From contig JANXXP010000273.1 in NCBI GenBank assembly GCA_025350595.1, positions 1,988 to 65,987 on the forward strand: a DNA stretch of 64,000 nucleotides, given 5' to 3'. Position numbers and translations under genes: made by a program. This DNA comes from Bacteroidota bacterium (GTDB taxonomy: Bacteria > Bacteroidota > Bacteroidia > Bacteroidales > VadinHA17). Position 1 is the stretch's first letter, and every line of letters starts with the position of its first letter. The notes beneath the pieces were generated by a model. That model did no database searches. It was not told the origin of the DNA and saw only the letters and a program-made list of their open reading frames with translations. Below, piece by piece: positions 45,639-54,905 of the stretch.

Positions 45639-46886
45639 TTACAATCTCACGTTCCCGTCTCCTTCAACTATCCATTTATATGTTGTCAACGCCTCCAGAG
45701 CCATGGGTCCTCTTGCATGTAGTTTTTGAGTTGAAATGCCGATTTCAGCACCGAGTCCAAATTGAGCCCCATCTGTAAATGCAGTTGAAGCATTTGAATA
45801 TACTGAGGCGGCATCCACTAACTTATAAAACATCTTTATCCGTGAAATGTCCTCAGAAATTATAGCCTCACTATGCTTCGAACCAAATTCACTTATGTGT
45901 AACAATGCTTCATCAAAATAGTTCACTGTTTTTACTGACATTTTATAAGAAAGAAATTCCGTGCCAAATGAATCGTTAGTTGCTTTCTGAAGCAGTTCAG
46001 AAGGGTATTTCCCTTCTAAAGCCTTGTATGCTTTTTCATCCGCATAAATCAACACCTCTGAATCCGAGCAAAGGCCGACCAGGTAATCAATATCCTTTAA
46101 CCTGCTTTCATGAATTATAAGACAATCGAGTGCGTTACATACGCTTACTCTTCGGGTTTTTGCATTGAATATGATATTCCTACCTTTCTCCTTATCTCCG
46201 AACTCGTCAAAATATGTATGACAAATACCTGCTCCGGTCTCAATAACAGGAATGTTCGCATTTTCTCTGACAAAATCAATCAGGCTTCGACTTCCTCGTG
46301 GTATAACCAGATCCACATATTGACGGGCGTTTAATAACTGCATGGTTTCATCCCTGCCTGCAGGTAATAAAGTTACCACATTCTGATCGATACCGTTATT
46401 CTTAAATACTGTCTTTAAAAGTTCAACAATAGCTTTGTTTGAGTTAATTGCATCACTTCCTCCCTTAAGAATACAGGCGTTTCCCGATTTCAAACATAAC
46501 GAAGAAACGTCAAAAGTGACATTTGGCCTTGCTTCGTATATAACACCAATAACACCAAAAGGTACAGAAATTCTGGAAATCCTTAACCCATTTGGAATTA
46601 TGTTTTGTATCAATACACGATTCAGAGGATCAGCCATTTCCGCGACATTTCGTATATCGGCTGCTATGCCTTTGATTCTATCCGCAGTTAACACCAAACG
46701 ATCATAGGAAGGATCTGAATCATCCATTAAAAGCAGATCCTTAGAATTTTCTGCAACGATGAAGTCAATATTTTCAATGGCAGCTTCAGCCACCATTAAA
46801 AGAGTTGTATTAATGATATCCGGATCTAAAACACTTAAATTCCGGCTTGCCTTAACTGCATCTTTGAATAATGGTTCGCAATCCAT
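45639..46886 (-). CDS. proA: Glutamate-5-semialdehyde dehydrogenase
   Basis: The start is taken at the ATG at 46886 ([11 protein letters not shown]...), 1 nt after the proB stop, not the overlapping 46979. '[14 protein letters not shown]', 'ILKGGS' and '[12 protein letters not shown]' are ProA motifs. Confidence 0.9.
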   Translation of the reverse strand: MDCEPLFKDAVKASRNLSVLDPDIINTTLLMVAEAAIENIDFIVAENSKDLLLMDDSDPSYDRLVLTADRIKGIAADIRNVAEMADPLNRVLIQNIIPNGLRISRISVPFGVIGVIYEARPNVTFDVSSLCLKSGNACILKGGSDAINSNKAIVELLKTVFKNNGIDQNVVTLLPAGRDETMQLLNARQYVDLVIPRGSRSLIDFVRENANIPVIETGAGICHTYFDEFGDKEKGRNIIFNAKTRRVSVCNALDCLIIHESRLKDIDYLVGLCSDSEVLIYADEKAYKALEGKYPSELLQKATNDSFGTEFLSYKMSVKTVNYFDEALLHISEFGSKHSEAIISEDISRIKMFYKLVDAASVYSNASTAFTDGAQFGLGAEIGISTQKLHARGPMALEALTTYKWIVEGDGNVRL

Positions 46887-46887
46887 T

Positions 46888-48003
46888 CTATAATTGTTTT
46901 GTATTATTCCTGTCATAAAGGACCATAAAATTATAATGCATAAATGGTTTCCTGATTTTCTCTCCAATGCTCTGTTCAACCTTTATTGATTCAAACTTAG
47001 CTCTTCCCAGACCAATATTATTCCCTTCTTCGTCAACTATTCTTACAATATCACCACTTTTAAAGAATCCTTCAACCCGGGAGATCCCTATCATGAGCAG
47101 ACTTGTCGCCCTCTCCCCGTAAAGCGCCTCCTTAGCTCCATTATTAATTATTACCGCGCCTTTTGCGAATGTATCAGAATGTGAAAGCCATTTTTTAACT
47201 CCTGTTGCACGTTTACTGCTTGCAACAAAATGAGTATATGGAATTTCCTTTCTTCTGACAATATCAGTGATTATTGCATCTCTTATACCGTTTGCAATAA
47301 AAACATCGATTCCCTGTGATGCCAGTTTCCTGGCAATTGAACATTTTGTCATCATTCCACCTCTACCGAATCCGGATTTTCCGACCGATATATATTTTCC
47401 AAGGTCTTCTGAATCTGTGTCAATTCGTGTAATAAGCTTTGTTCCTTCATGTCCGGGAATCCCATCGTAAACTCCATCAACATTCGAAAGAATAATAAGC
47501 GATTCAAAATCCATCATAGATGAGATAAGGCCTGATAATTCATCATTATCAGTAAACATCAGTTCATTAATTGAAACTGAATCATTCTCATTTACGATTG
47601 GTAAAACCTTGTTATCGAGCATCGCTGTAATGCAATTTTTCATATTCAGATAATGCCTTCTGTCTCTGAAACTCTCTTTGGTGGCTAGTAACTGTCCGGC
47701 CTGAATTCCATACTTACCAAACAGAAACTGATAACTTGCCATAAGTTTTACCTGTCCAATAGCTGCCCATATCTGTTTTGCTGCAACTATGTCTGTTTTT
47801 TTAGAAGGAGTTACTTCGCTCCGGCCTGCAGCAACCGCACCTGATGAAATTAATACTACTTCAATACCTTGTTTTGAAAGAATCGCTACGTCTTCAACTA
47901 TACGTAAAATTCTTTCGTCGTTAAGGGATCCGTCACTTTGAGTAATTACATTACTTCCAACTTTGATTACAACCCGGTTAAATTTTGGTTCAGCGTTTTT
48001 CAA
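46888..48003 (-). CDS. proB: Glutamate 5-kinase with a C-terminal PUA domain
   Basis: '[12 protein letters not shown]', 'ISSGAVAAG', 'FTDNDELS' and 'GGMMTK' match ProB. The C-terminal '[17 protein letters not shown]' is PUA-like. Confidence 0.9.
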   Translation of the reverse strand: MKNAEPKFNRVVIKVGSNVITQSDGSLNDERILRIVEDVAILSKQGIEVVLISSGAVAAGRSEVTPSKKTDIVAAKQIWAAIGQVKLMASYQFLFGKYGIQAGQLLATKESFRDRRHYLNMKNCITAMLDNKVLPIVNENDSVSINELMFTDNDELSGLISSMMDFESLIILSNVDGVYDGIPGHEGTKLITRIDTDSEDLGKYISVGKSGFGRGGMMTKCSIARKLASQGIDVFIANGIRDAIITDIVRRKEIPYTHFVASSKRATGVKKWLSHSDTFAKGAVIINNGAKEALYGERATSLLMIGISRVEGFFKSGDIVRIVDEEGNNIGLGRAKFESIKVEQSIGEKIRKPFMHYNFMVLYDRNNTKQL

Positions 48004-48041
48004 TTTATTACTATTTATGCCATTAATTGTATAATTTGCTG

Positions 48042-48049
48042 CAAATTTA
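48042..48049 (-). promoter_or_regulatory. Candidate Bacteroidota -7 box (TAAATTTG on the minus strand) upstream of proB
   Basis: The plus strand reads CAAATTTA at 48042-48049, which is TAAATTTG on the minus strand, about 40 nt upstream of the proB ATG (48003). Confidence 0.3.
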
Positions 48050-48216
48050 ACAGATTTTGTTATTATATTATAGCTAAATTGTATAACAGAACGAAAATAT
48101 AAATACTCAAATCAATCCTAAAAATGACTAATTGAGTAATTGTATTTCGACGGACAAGTTATGGGGATATTAAGCAGAAATTAAAAATATGACAATTATC
48201 ATATATTTGAGAGCAA

Positions 48217-49806
48217 CTATCCCATCCAAGGCCTCTGACGAACTTTAGCCTTTTCAATCGCATTAAGTGCGATATTAGCATCTTCTACTATCTGAAAATC
48301 GTACATTCCCATACAGACAAAGTCAGCGCCATTGGTAAATGCATATTTGAGTCCCTCTTCGGGCATGATTGCCCCTGCGGCCAGAACCTTGAACGCAATC
48401 CATGGTTCCTTCAAAGTGCCCATATACCTGATAGTCTCTTCCGGATCAAAATCGAAGTAGTTATCTTTCCATTCCTGGTCGGATTTAGCTGACCAATAAT
48501 TGTGGCTATGACAGGTTTTTACCCAAAAATCAGGTTTCAGTCCATGTTCAACACATACTTTAATCGCTTCAATCCTATGCGCTCCAATACCTGCAGGTTT
48601 TCCGTTTTGCCTAATCTGTTCAAGACCTTTACGTATAAGTTCCATCCTTTCAGTAAGAGTTCTTTTCTTAGGGTCATCCCATTCAGGATTAGCCCAGCGA
48701 TCAGTAATTTCTCCCTGACAATAAAGAGCATCCCAATCGGCCATAAGTGAAAGCTCAATTCCTTTCTGAAAATCGAGATTTGTTCCGCAATCGGAAATGA
48801 ACTTAATCTTACCTTTAAATTCATGTTTATACTTCTGAAAAATCCTCCCCATCTGAGGATTTGAAATAATTGCATTCATTCCGCATTTTTCACCTAAGGC
48901 CAGAGTTTGCATTACCTTCTCATCGGTATGGTATGTCTTAACCAGTTTTGAAACATATATGAGGTCGCGGGCATGTGCCCAACCGCCAATCAGGTTACCT
49001 CCCATAATCAGACGGCTGAGTTCGAACTCCGCAGGTTGACCATTTTTGCCAGTATGTCTGATAATCCCTTTGGGTATCTGTCCCTTCAGATCCTTTAGAG
49101 ATGAATAGCTGAACTTTAGTAAGGTAGCACTGGAGTTGGCATCAATCCCCTCAACCTTAAGTAATTTCTCCTCAAAGCTATCCCATTTTCTCTTCCGGTA
49201 TAATGCATAGGCGAAAACTCCCAGTGCCGGAAAAGATATCAGGTCTCTTATTGCTTCACGTCTCCCCACTCCCTTTTTGGTATCAGCAGGAAGATCAGCC
49301 ACAGGTTTCCGTGCCTTTTCATCTTTCCACCTCGCATAGAGGCGGTCGAAACTAAAATGGAATTCCGATGAAATAAATATAAAAGCAAGCAAAACAAAAA
49401 ATTCGATAAGTGTTTTATTCACCCACAGGTAACTACCCTCAACAGGAACACCAACCGTGAAACCGGATATTGGAGGGTACGCCACAAAATAAAAAAGAAG
49501 CATTATAGCCCCACCTGCACTGGCCCATCGTGTGAATAATCCAAGAATAAGACCCAGACCGACAAAGATCATTCCCCAAATATTCAGAAAATCGATAAAA
49601 GAAGTTAGCCCTGCGCTTCCAGCCATTGCATGGAAAAGCGGCGCAAAAATCCATCTCGATCCTGCCAGATATGGCGCGGAACTCCAGTTCCTGATAATGA
49701 TTTTTGTTATCCCTTCATATAAAAAATGCCAGCCAATTGCAATCCTTATGATTGTAAAAAGGTACGGGATTATTAGGTTAAAGTCGACTTTTGATTTAGT
49801 TTTCAT
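48217..49806 (-). CDS. DoxX-family membrane domain fused to an uncharacterised soluble domain of about 330 aa
   Basis: The start is taken at 49806 (MKTKSKVDF...). The N-terminal 170 aa has four hydrophobic helices with the DoxX-like 'RIAIGWHFLYEGITK'. The C-terminal part ('GGNLIGGWAHARDL...KVLAAGAI...FVCMGMYDF') matches no family I recognise. Confidence 0.55.
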   Translation of the reverse strand: MKTKSKVDFNLIIPYLFTIIRIAIGWHFLYEGITKIIIRNWSSAPYLAGSRWIFAPLFHAMAGSAGLTSFIDFLNIWGMIFVGLGLILGLFTRWASAGGAIMLLFYFVAYPPISGFTVGVPVEGSYLWVNKTLIEFFVLLAFIFISSEFHFSFDRLYARWKDEKARKPVADLPADTKKGVGRREAIRDLISFPALGVFAYALYRKRKWDSFEEKLLKVEGIDANSSATLLKFSYSSLKDLKGQIPKGIIRHTGKNGQPAEFELSRLIMGGNLIGGWAHARDLIYVSKLVKTYHTDEKVMQTLALGEKCGMNAIISNPQMGRIFQKYKHEFKGKIKFISDCGTNLDFQKGIELSLMADWDALYCQGEITDRWANPEWDDPKKRTLTERMELIRKGLEQIRQNGKPAGIGAHRIEAIKVCVEHGLKPDFWVKTCHSHNYWSAKSDQEWKDNYFDFDPEETIRYMGTLKEPWIAFKVLAAGAIMPEEGLKYAFTNGADFVCMGMYDFQIVEDANIALNAIEKAKVRQRPWMG

Positions 49807-49891
49807 AAGATCATTTTGAGTTATTTTGGGACCTCTAAGAAACACTAAGATAATCACAAATAACTATTTTGTAACTTGTCCGCTTAAAAAA

Positions 49892-51295
49892 ATGCAATAT
49901 ATGAAGAAACAGGTTGGAATCATTCCGGGGAAATTAATTTTCGGACTACTCATGATCTTCATTTTTAATAGTTGTGCTGTAGTAAAGACCCCGTACTTTA
50001 AAACAGGCTATTATCAAAAGACAGTTTCACGTCTTGACAGCTTAAAATCGTGCCTTATTTCTGTAAATGATTCCATCTTTGCTGGTTTTGCACGCGTAAG
50101 TATCACTCCTTCACTTAATAATATTACAGAAAACCCTGCAAATGGGCAATTCGATAAAGTCCCGTTGGGCGGTTTCGGAAAACGAAGAGGGAAACCCGCA
50201 ACCGGAGTTCATGATAGCATTTTTGTAAAGGCAATTGCACTCAGGTCAGGTAAGCAAACCATCGTTCTGGTAAGTGCTGATATTCTAATTATGCCACCCA
50301 ACATAATCGATTCGGTGACATCGGTATTATTAAAAGAGGGACTAAAGCGAAATCAGCTTTTCTTTTCAGCCACACACACGCATTCAGGTATCGGGGGATG
50401 GGGATATGGTTTAATGGCAAAAGTATTTGCAGGAAAAGAAAATACAGGTTTGGAGAAATGGCTGATAAATCAGATAAAAAAGGCTGCACTTGAAGCAGTA
50501 TCTGATCTTCATCCCGCTATGCTGGGATCAGGAAGTTTCAATGCCTCCGCATATACCAGGAATAGACTTACCGGCAACCCAATGCAGAAAAATAACGATT
50601 TCAATTTCCTGATACTGGAACAAACAGGGCGGAAAAAAGCGATAATTGGTTCTTTTTCAGCTCATGCTACAACCCTTGACAGTGATAATATGCTGTTAAC
50701 AGCAGACTATCCGGGATATTGGGAGAGAAAGATTGAAAATAAGGACGCTGATCTGGCAATGTTTTGCAGCGGGTCAGTTGCGAATCAGAGCCCGGTGGGC
50801 GAAGGAAACAATTTCGATAGCGCCAAAAATATTGGTGAAGCTCTGGCTGATAGTCTGTCAGCCCATTTAAAAGAAATTAAAATGAACAGGAAAATGACAA
50901 TTTCCTCATTGTCATTGAAAATGCTTTTGCCGGAGTATCATATTCGGTTGTCAGAAAACAGAAATCTCACAACAAGCTTAAGCAAAAGATTAATGCCCTT
51001 ACCTGAAAATGTGTATTTGCAGGCTCTGAGAATTAATAATTTGATCTGGTTCTTCACGCCAGGCGATTTTAGCGGAGAATCAGCTGTTCTAATCAAGACA
51101 CTGATGGCTGCAAAAGGATATGAGGCGATGATTTCGAGTTTTAATGGCAGTTATGTCGGCTACATTCTGCTCGGAAAGTATTTCTATCTCGATAATTACG
51201 AATCGAAAGTCATGGGATGGTTTGGACCCACTATGGGAGACTATACAAATGACCTAATTGAGCAGATGGGTGATGCAATAATCTTAAAAAAATAA
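49892..51295 (+). CDS. Neutral/alkaline ceramidase-like hydrolase, lipoprotein
   Basis: The start is at 49892 or 49901. The leader ends 'IFNSC'. 'AGFARVSITPSLN...VPLGGFGKRRGKPATGVHDSIFVKAIAL...VLVSADIL' matches the N-terminal ceramidase-family pattern. Confidence 0.55.
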   Translation: MQYMKKQVGIIPGKLIFGLLMIFIFNSCAVVKTPYFKTGYYQKTVSRLDSLKSCLISVNDSIFAGFARVSITPSLNNITENPANGQFDKVPLGGFGKRRGKPATGVHDSIFVKAIALRSGKQTIVLVSADILIMPPNIIDSVTSVLLKEGLKRNQLFFSATHTHSGIGGWGYGLMAKVFAGKENTGLEKWLINQIKKAALEAVSDLHPAMLGSGSFNASAYTRNRLTGNPMQKNNDFNFLILEQTGRKKAIIGSFSAHATTLDSDNMLLTADYPGYWERKIENKDADLAMFCSGSVANQSPVGEGNNFDSAKNIGEALADSLSAHLKEIKMNRKMTISSLSLKMLLPEYHIRLSENRNLTTSLSKRLMPLPENVYLQALRINNLIWFFTPGDFSGESAVLIKTLMAAKGYEAMISSFNGSYVGYILLGKYFYLDNYESKVMGWFGPTMGDYTNDLIEQMGDAIILKK

Positions 51296-51316
51296 TATTG
51301 ATTAATATCAGTTAAA

Positions 51317-51681
51317 TTACTGCAAATAGGGCCCGTTATCGTTCCACTTAACTTCAATTTTTGAGATATACCAGGTTTTCCCGTTATCATTGTTTCCCTG
51401 ATAAAATAAATAAGTCCCCCCATCCTCATCCTTAAATAGATGTGGGTGACCCGATTCACTTAAGTTCCATGTTCCGGGATATTCAGGTTTCAGAATAGGA
51501 GCATCAGTCAGTTGAGTCCATTGATCCCGACCAAAATCTGTACTTGATGGAGCTGATGCAACTCCCTGCATCTGAATCTTATAAGCAGTGTCGCGTGTCG
51601 CAAAGAACAGAACGAATTAGCCTGATCATTTATCACCAGGGCGCATGGAGCAGCATTTTTAAACATGAGCATAATTCCATA
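51317..51681 (-). pseudogene. Frameshifted C-terminal remnant of a beta-propeller glycosidase-like gene (GH43/GH130-type fold)
   Basis: Frame A reads '*FVLFFATRDTAYKIQMQGVASAPS...GTYLFYQGNNDNGKTWYISKIEVKWNDNGPYLQ*'. Upstream, a different frame reads 'YGIMLMFKNAAPCALVINDQAN'. About 120 aa are present in total, with no N-terminal part or signal peptide. Confidence 0.45.
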
Positions 51682-51769
51682 CTTTACGGAATTCAAATTT
51701 ATTAATTGATTGCAACAAATTGCTACTTTCAATTTTAAAACTTATATTTCACGACAAAATTTTGCACGA

Positions 51770-53047
51770 ATGATGAAATATATCATTTTTCTGTTAATCC
51801 TGATCTCAGGAACCTTTGCAAATGGGCAACAAAATAACTGGACGCATTTCAGGGGGAATCACCTGAAGGGAACTTCGAGACAAACAGGAGTCCCCGTTTC
51901 GTGGAATGATTCAGTTAATGTTAAATGGAAATCAATAATTAAAGGAAAAGGATGGTCTTCCCCTGTGGTTTATGGAGATCAGATATGGCTTACAACTGCA
52001 ACTGAAAACGGAAAGCAGATGTTTGGCATATGTCTTGACTCAAAAACCGGCAAAGAAATCTTTAATATAAAACTTTTTGAACCTGAAACTATCCTTCCGA
52101 AACACGAAATAAACTCCTATGCTTCACCTACACCTTGCGTTGAACTAGGATTCGTATATTTTCATTTTGGAAGCTATGGAACAGCTTGTGTAAGAACTAA
52201 CGATGGTTCAATTGCATGGAAACGTACAGACCTGAAATGCGAACATGCACAGGGACCAGGGGCATCGCCTATCCTATACAGAAATCTTTTAATACTTCAT
52301 TTGGAAGGCACTGATAAGCAATACATTGTAGCACTTAACAAAAGAACCGGTAAAACGGTTTGGTTGAAAGATCGTCCGAAAGAGTTGTATGCTAAGCTTA
52401 AACCTATAGGAAGAAAAGCCTACATAACCCCGATTATAGTCAATGTAAAAGGTAAAGATCTCATGATCTCAAACGGATCTGCAGTATGTATTGCCTATGA
52501 ACCTGAAACAGGTAATGAAGTATGGAGAGTAGTTCAGGGGGAGGATTCAACAATTTCGATGCCATTTTTTGAAGAGGGGGTTGTATTTTTCTATACAAGC
52601 TATGTCACGCCTGAGGTTGGAGAAAAATATTGTGAGCTATTAGCTGTCGATCCAAGTGATTCAGGCGATGTTACAAAGACAAATGTGCTCTGGCGGTTCA
52701 GCTCTCCAATTCTGCAGTTACTGACACCGGTGGTAAGAGATGGCCTCATCTACACGATCGACACGATGAGCAATCTGTTTTGTATTGACTCAAAAACTGG
52801 TAAAACAGTATATACAAGCAGGTTAACCGGAAAGTTTAACTCATCGCCGATATATGTAGGAGGAAATGTTTATTTTACATCCACTACAGGGGAAACAATT
52901 GTTATAAAAGCCGGAAGAAAACTTGAAATCATCAGCAGGAATAAATTAAAAGGGGATGTATTTGCTACGCCCGCTATTACAAATAATTCAATTATAATGC
53001 GGGTGGGTTCATATCTCTATTGTTTAAGTAATAAACAGAATAATTAA
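51770..53047 (+). CDS. PQQ-like (BamB-type) beta-propeller repeat protein, secreted
   Basis: The start is taken at 51770 (MMKYIIFLLILISG). 'NWTHFRGNHLKGTS', '...WSSPVVYGDQIWLTTA' and repeated 'TGK.VW' blades are typical of PQQ_2/PQQ_3 repeat proteins. Confidence 0.7.
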   Translation: MMKYIIFLLILISGTFANGQQNNWTHFRGNHLKGTSRQTGVPVSWNDSVNVKWKSIIKGKGWSSPVVYGDQIWLTTATENGKQMFGICLDSKTGKEIFNIKLFEPETILPKHEINSYASPTPCVELGFVYFHFGSYGTACVRTNDGSIAWKRTDLKCEHAQGPGASPILYRNLLILHLEGTDKQYIVALNKRTGKTVWLKDRPKELYAKLKPIGRKAYITPIIVNVKGKDLMISNGSAVCIAYEPETGNEVWRVVQGEDSTISMPFFEEGVVFFYTSYVTPEVGEKYCELLAVDPSDSGDVTKTNVLWRFSSPILQLLTPVVRDGLIYTIDTMSNLFCIDSKTGKTVYTSRLTGKFNSSPIYVGGNVYFTSTTGETIVIKAGRKLEIISRNKLKGDVFATPAITNNSIIMRVGSYLYCLSNKQNN

Positions 53048-53052
53048 AAATA

Positions 53053-54042
53053 TCAGACAAGTTGATATTTTGTCAGATACGAATTCAGGAAGTCCACATC
53101 CTTTCTTAGCTTTCTTACTATTATATCCTGCTGCTGAATAAGCGTTAGTTTTTCTTCTCCGCTTTCGAGCAAAGGGTATTCTATGTGTATAGTTATAGGT
53201 CCTGTAATATTCAATTCCTTTACTGTTTTGAAGAAGAGATCCCAGTTCACCATTCCCTCTCCCATCGGTACAGTAACAGCCTGAGGTTTTCCATTAATTG
53301 TCTTCCAGGTAAAATCCTTAATAGCGAGTGTTTTTATATGACTGGCAATAAGCCGCATACCAAGCATCCATGTATCGGTTCCTTCAACCATTGCATGGCG
53401 CACATCATACTGACTGCCAATCAGTTCTGGAGGAAAATCACGAAGCAGCTCATTCAAATCCCAGACGGGTCCTCCAATCCGTGCACCAGCGTGATTCTGA
53501 TAACCGCCATGAATTCTATACTTTCTGTTGAGTTCTGCAATTTCCTTAAGATTTTTTCTGTATTTCTGAATGGACTCCGGTATTCCGAGCTTCAGATCAT
53601 AATCAAACCAGTTGAATCTGTAGTATTTTATCCCTGAAGCTGAAGCCGTTTTTAATACTCTTTCAGTTAATGGATCAGATATAGAGGAAATTACAGTAAC
53701 CATCATATCAGTTACCAGTCCGAATTTTTTCGCTTCGGCAACCCTTTCCGGCAACTCTTTTTCAACTACAGCCGGTTCTACTCTTCCACCCGGACGAACA
53801 ACAAGGTCGATTCCACCAATACCCGATTTCACAATACATTCGCACATGAAACCGAAATCATAGCTGTCGAGCGGTTTTGAAAATAACCTGACCGGAAACT
53901 TGTTTCCTGCTACCTGCAGTTTAGACATTGAATTTGATTTAACAGCTTCACCAAATGAAGACGCACCAAGAGTTACTCCTACTGCGACCAGACCAGTATT
54001 GGTGATAAATTTGCGGCGTGTTGTTTTGTGTCTACTATTCAT
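53053..54042 (-). CDS. Xylose-isomerase-like TIM-barrel protein with a twin-arginine leader
   Basis: 'TTRRKFITNTGLVAVGVTLGAS' is a Tat motif. 'HGGYQNHAG', 'YDVRHA' and 'PITIHIEYP' fit the AP_endonuc_2 pattern. Confidence 0.75.
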   Translation of the reverse strand: MNSRHKTTRRKFITNTGLVAVGVTLGASSFGEAVKSNSMSKLQVAGNKFPVRLFSKPLDSYDFGFMCECIVKSGIGGIDLVVRPGGRVEPAVVEKELPERVAEAKKFGLVTDMMVTVISSISDPLTERVLKTASASGIKYYRFNWFDYDLKLGIPESIQKYRKNLKEIAELNRKYRIHGGYQNHAGARIGGPVWDLNELLRDFPPELIGSQYDVRHAMVEGTDTWMLGMRLIASHIKTLAIKDFTWKTINGKPQAVTVPMGEGMVNWDLFFKTVKELNITGPITIHIEYPLLESGEEKLTLIQQQDIIVRKLRKDVDFLNSYLTKYQLV

Positions 54043-54839
54043 GACATTTGGTATTTTAATTTAATTATGTCTTGCTTAAAATTATTTTTTTCTTCATTCC
54101 AGAAGGGTGGTTCTATATTGGTTCCTCTTACCGTACAGTCGTAGCAACCTTTCAAAAATGTAAGGATTTTATACCCCGGAGGAGGATCTGAACGATCGAT
54201 GATTATCCATACCAGCACACCAAGGTTTGGAGGGACTTCATTTCCACCAATAGCTTTATGCTCGCAATCGGAATAAAGATTAATTATACCTCTGAAGTAG
54301 TCATTAATGAAAATTCTTTTAGTATTAACAGCAGAAACACTGAAATATCCTAAAACTTTTTCACCGGGATCCTCAATGCAACCAATATTACTTGGAATTG
54401 AAGCCGGAGTCAAATCGTACAGGCTTCCAACATGTTGAATTACATTCTGAAGTTTTTCCGAGTAACCATATTCCTCTTCGCTGACTGAGTACTGCTTAAC
54501 CAATATGCTGTATTTTTTTGTTAGCCGGCCCACCGATCCGCAAAATGAAGCGTCAGGAATATATGTTCCCGCATCAGTCTCAGTAAACTTAAAACTATTC
54601 CCAAAATCATCTGAAACAGTTATGCTGCATTCTGATAATGTTTTAGTACCACTTTTCCCGCCTAATGGGGAAGACAGTGACAGTTTTACCGAATTCTGCC
54701 CAGGCTGATCAGTAATAATACCATCCACGACAAGCAGGTTTTGATCCTCCCCAACTTCAGGTATAAACTGGGCTATAAAACCATCAACAAGAATTAAAAG
54801 TGCTAACAGCAGAACCTGATACCCGGGTTTTAACAACAT
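54039..54839 (-). CDS. DUF4249-family protein with an in-frame internal deletion of about 113 aa and a lost lipobox cysteine
   Basis: It aligns end to end with 57118-58257, except that 'SVGR|LTKKYSILVKQYS' joins what are 'AIGR|SYTLHIK...(113 aa)...DR|LSQKYSILVNQYS' in the full copy. The leader reads 'ILVDGFIAQF' against 'LLSGCITQF'. Confidence 0.65.
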   Translation of the reverse strand: MLLKPGYQVLLLALLILVDGFIAQFIPEVGEDQNLLVVDGIITDQPGQNSVKLSLSSPLGGKSGTKTLSECSITVSDDFGNSFKFTETDAGTYIPDASFCGSVGRLTKKYSILVKQYSVSEEEYGYSEKLQNVIQHVGSLYDLTPASIPSNIGCIEDPGEKVLGYFSVSAVNTKRIFINDYFRGIINLYSDCEHKAIGGNEVPPNLGVLVWIIIDRSDPPPGYKILTFLKGCYDCTVRGTNIEPPFWNEEKNNFKQDIIKLKYQMS

Positions 54840-54905
54840 AGGTTTTTAAATAACGAGATGAATTACGGTGAAAAAAGGATCTTACAAAATCTTTCGTATA
54901 TAATT

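Noticed and set aside
48004-48216. The 213-nt AT-rich spacer upstream of proB, considered as a riboswitch or leader-peptide attenuator.
   Set aside because: I saw no conserved riboswitch core, no Pro-rich leader ORF and no terminator/antiterminator hairpins. Only a TAnnTTTG-like box is apparent.
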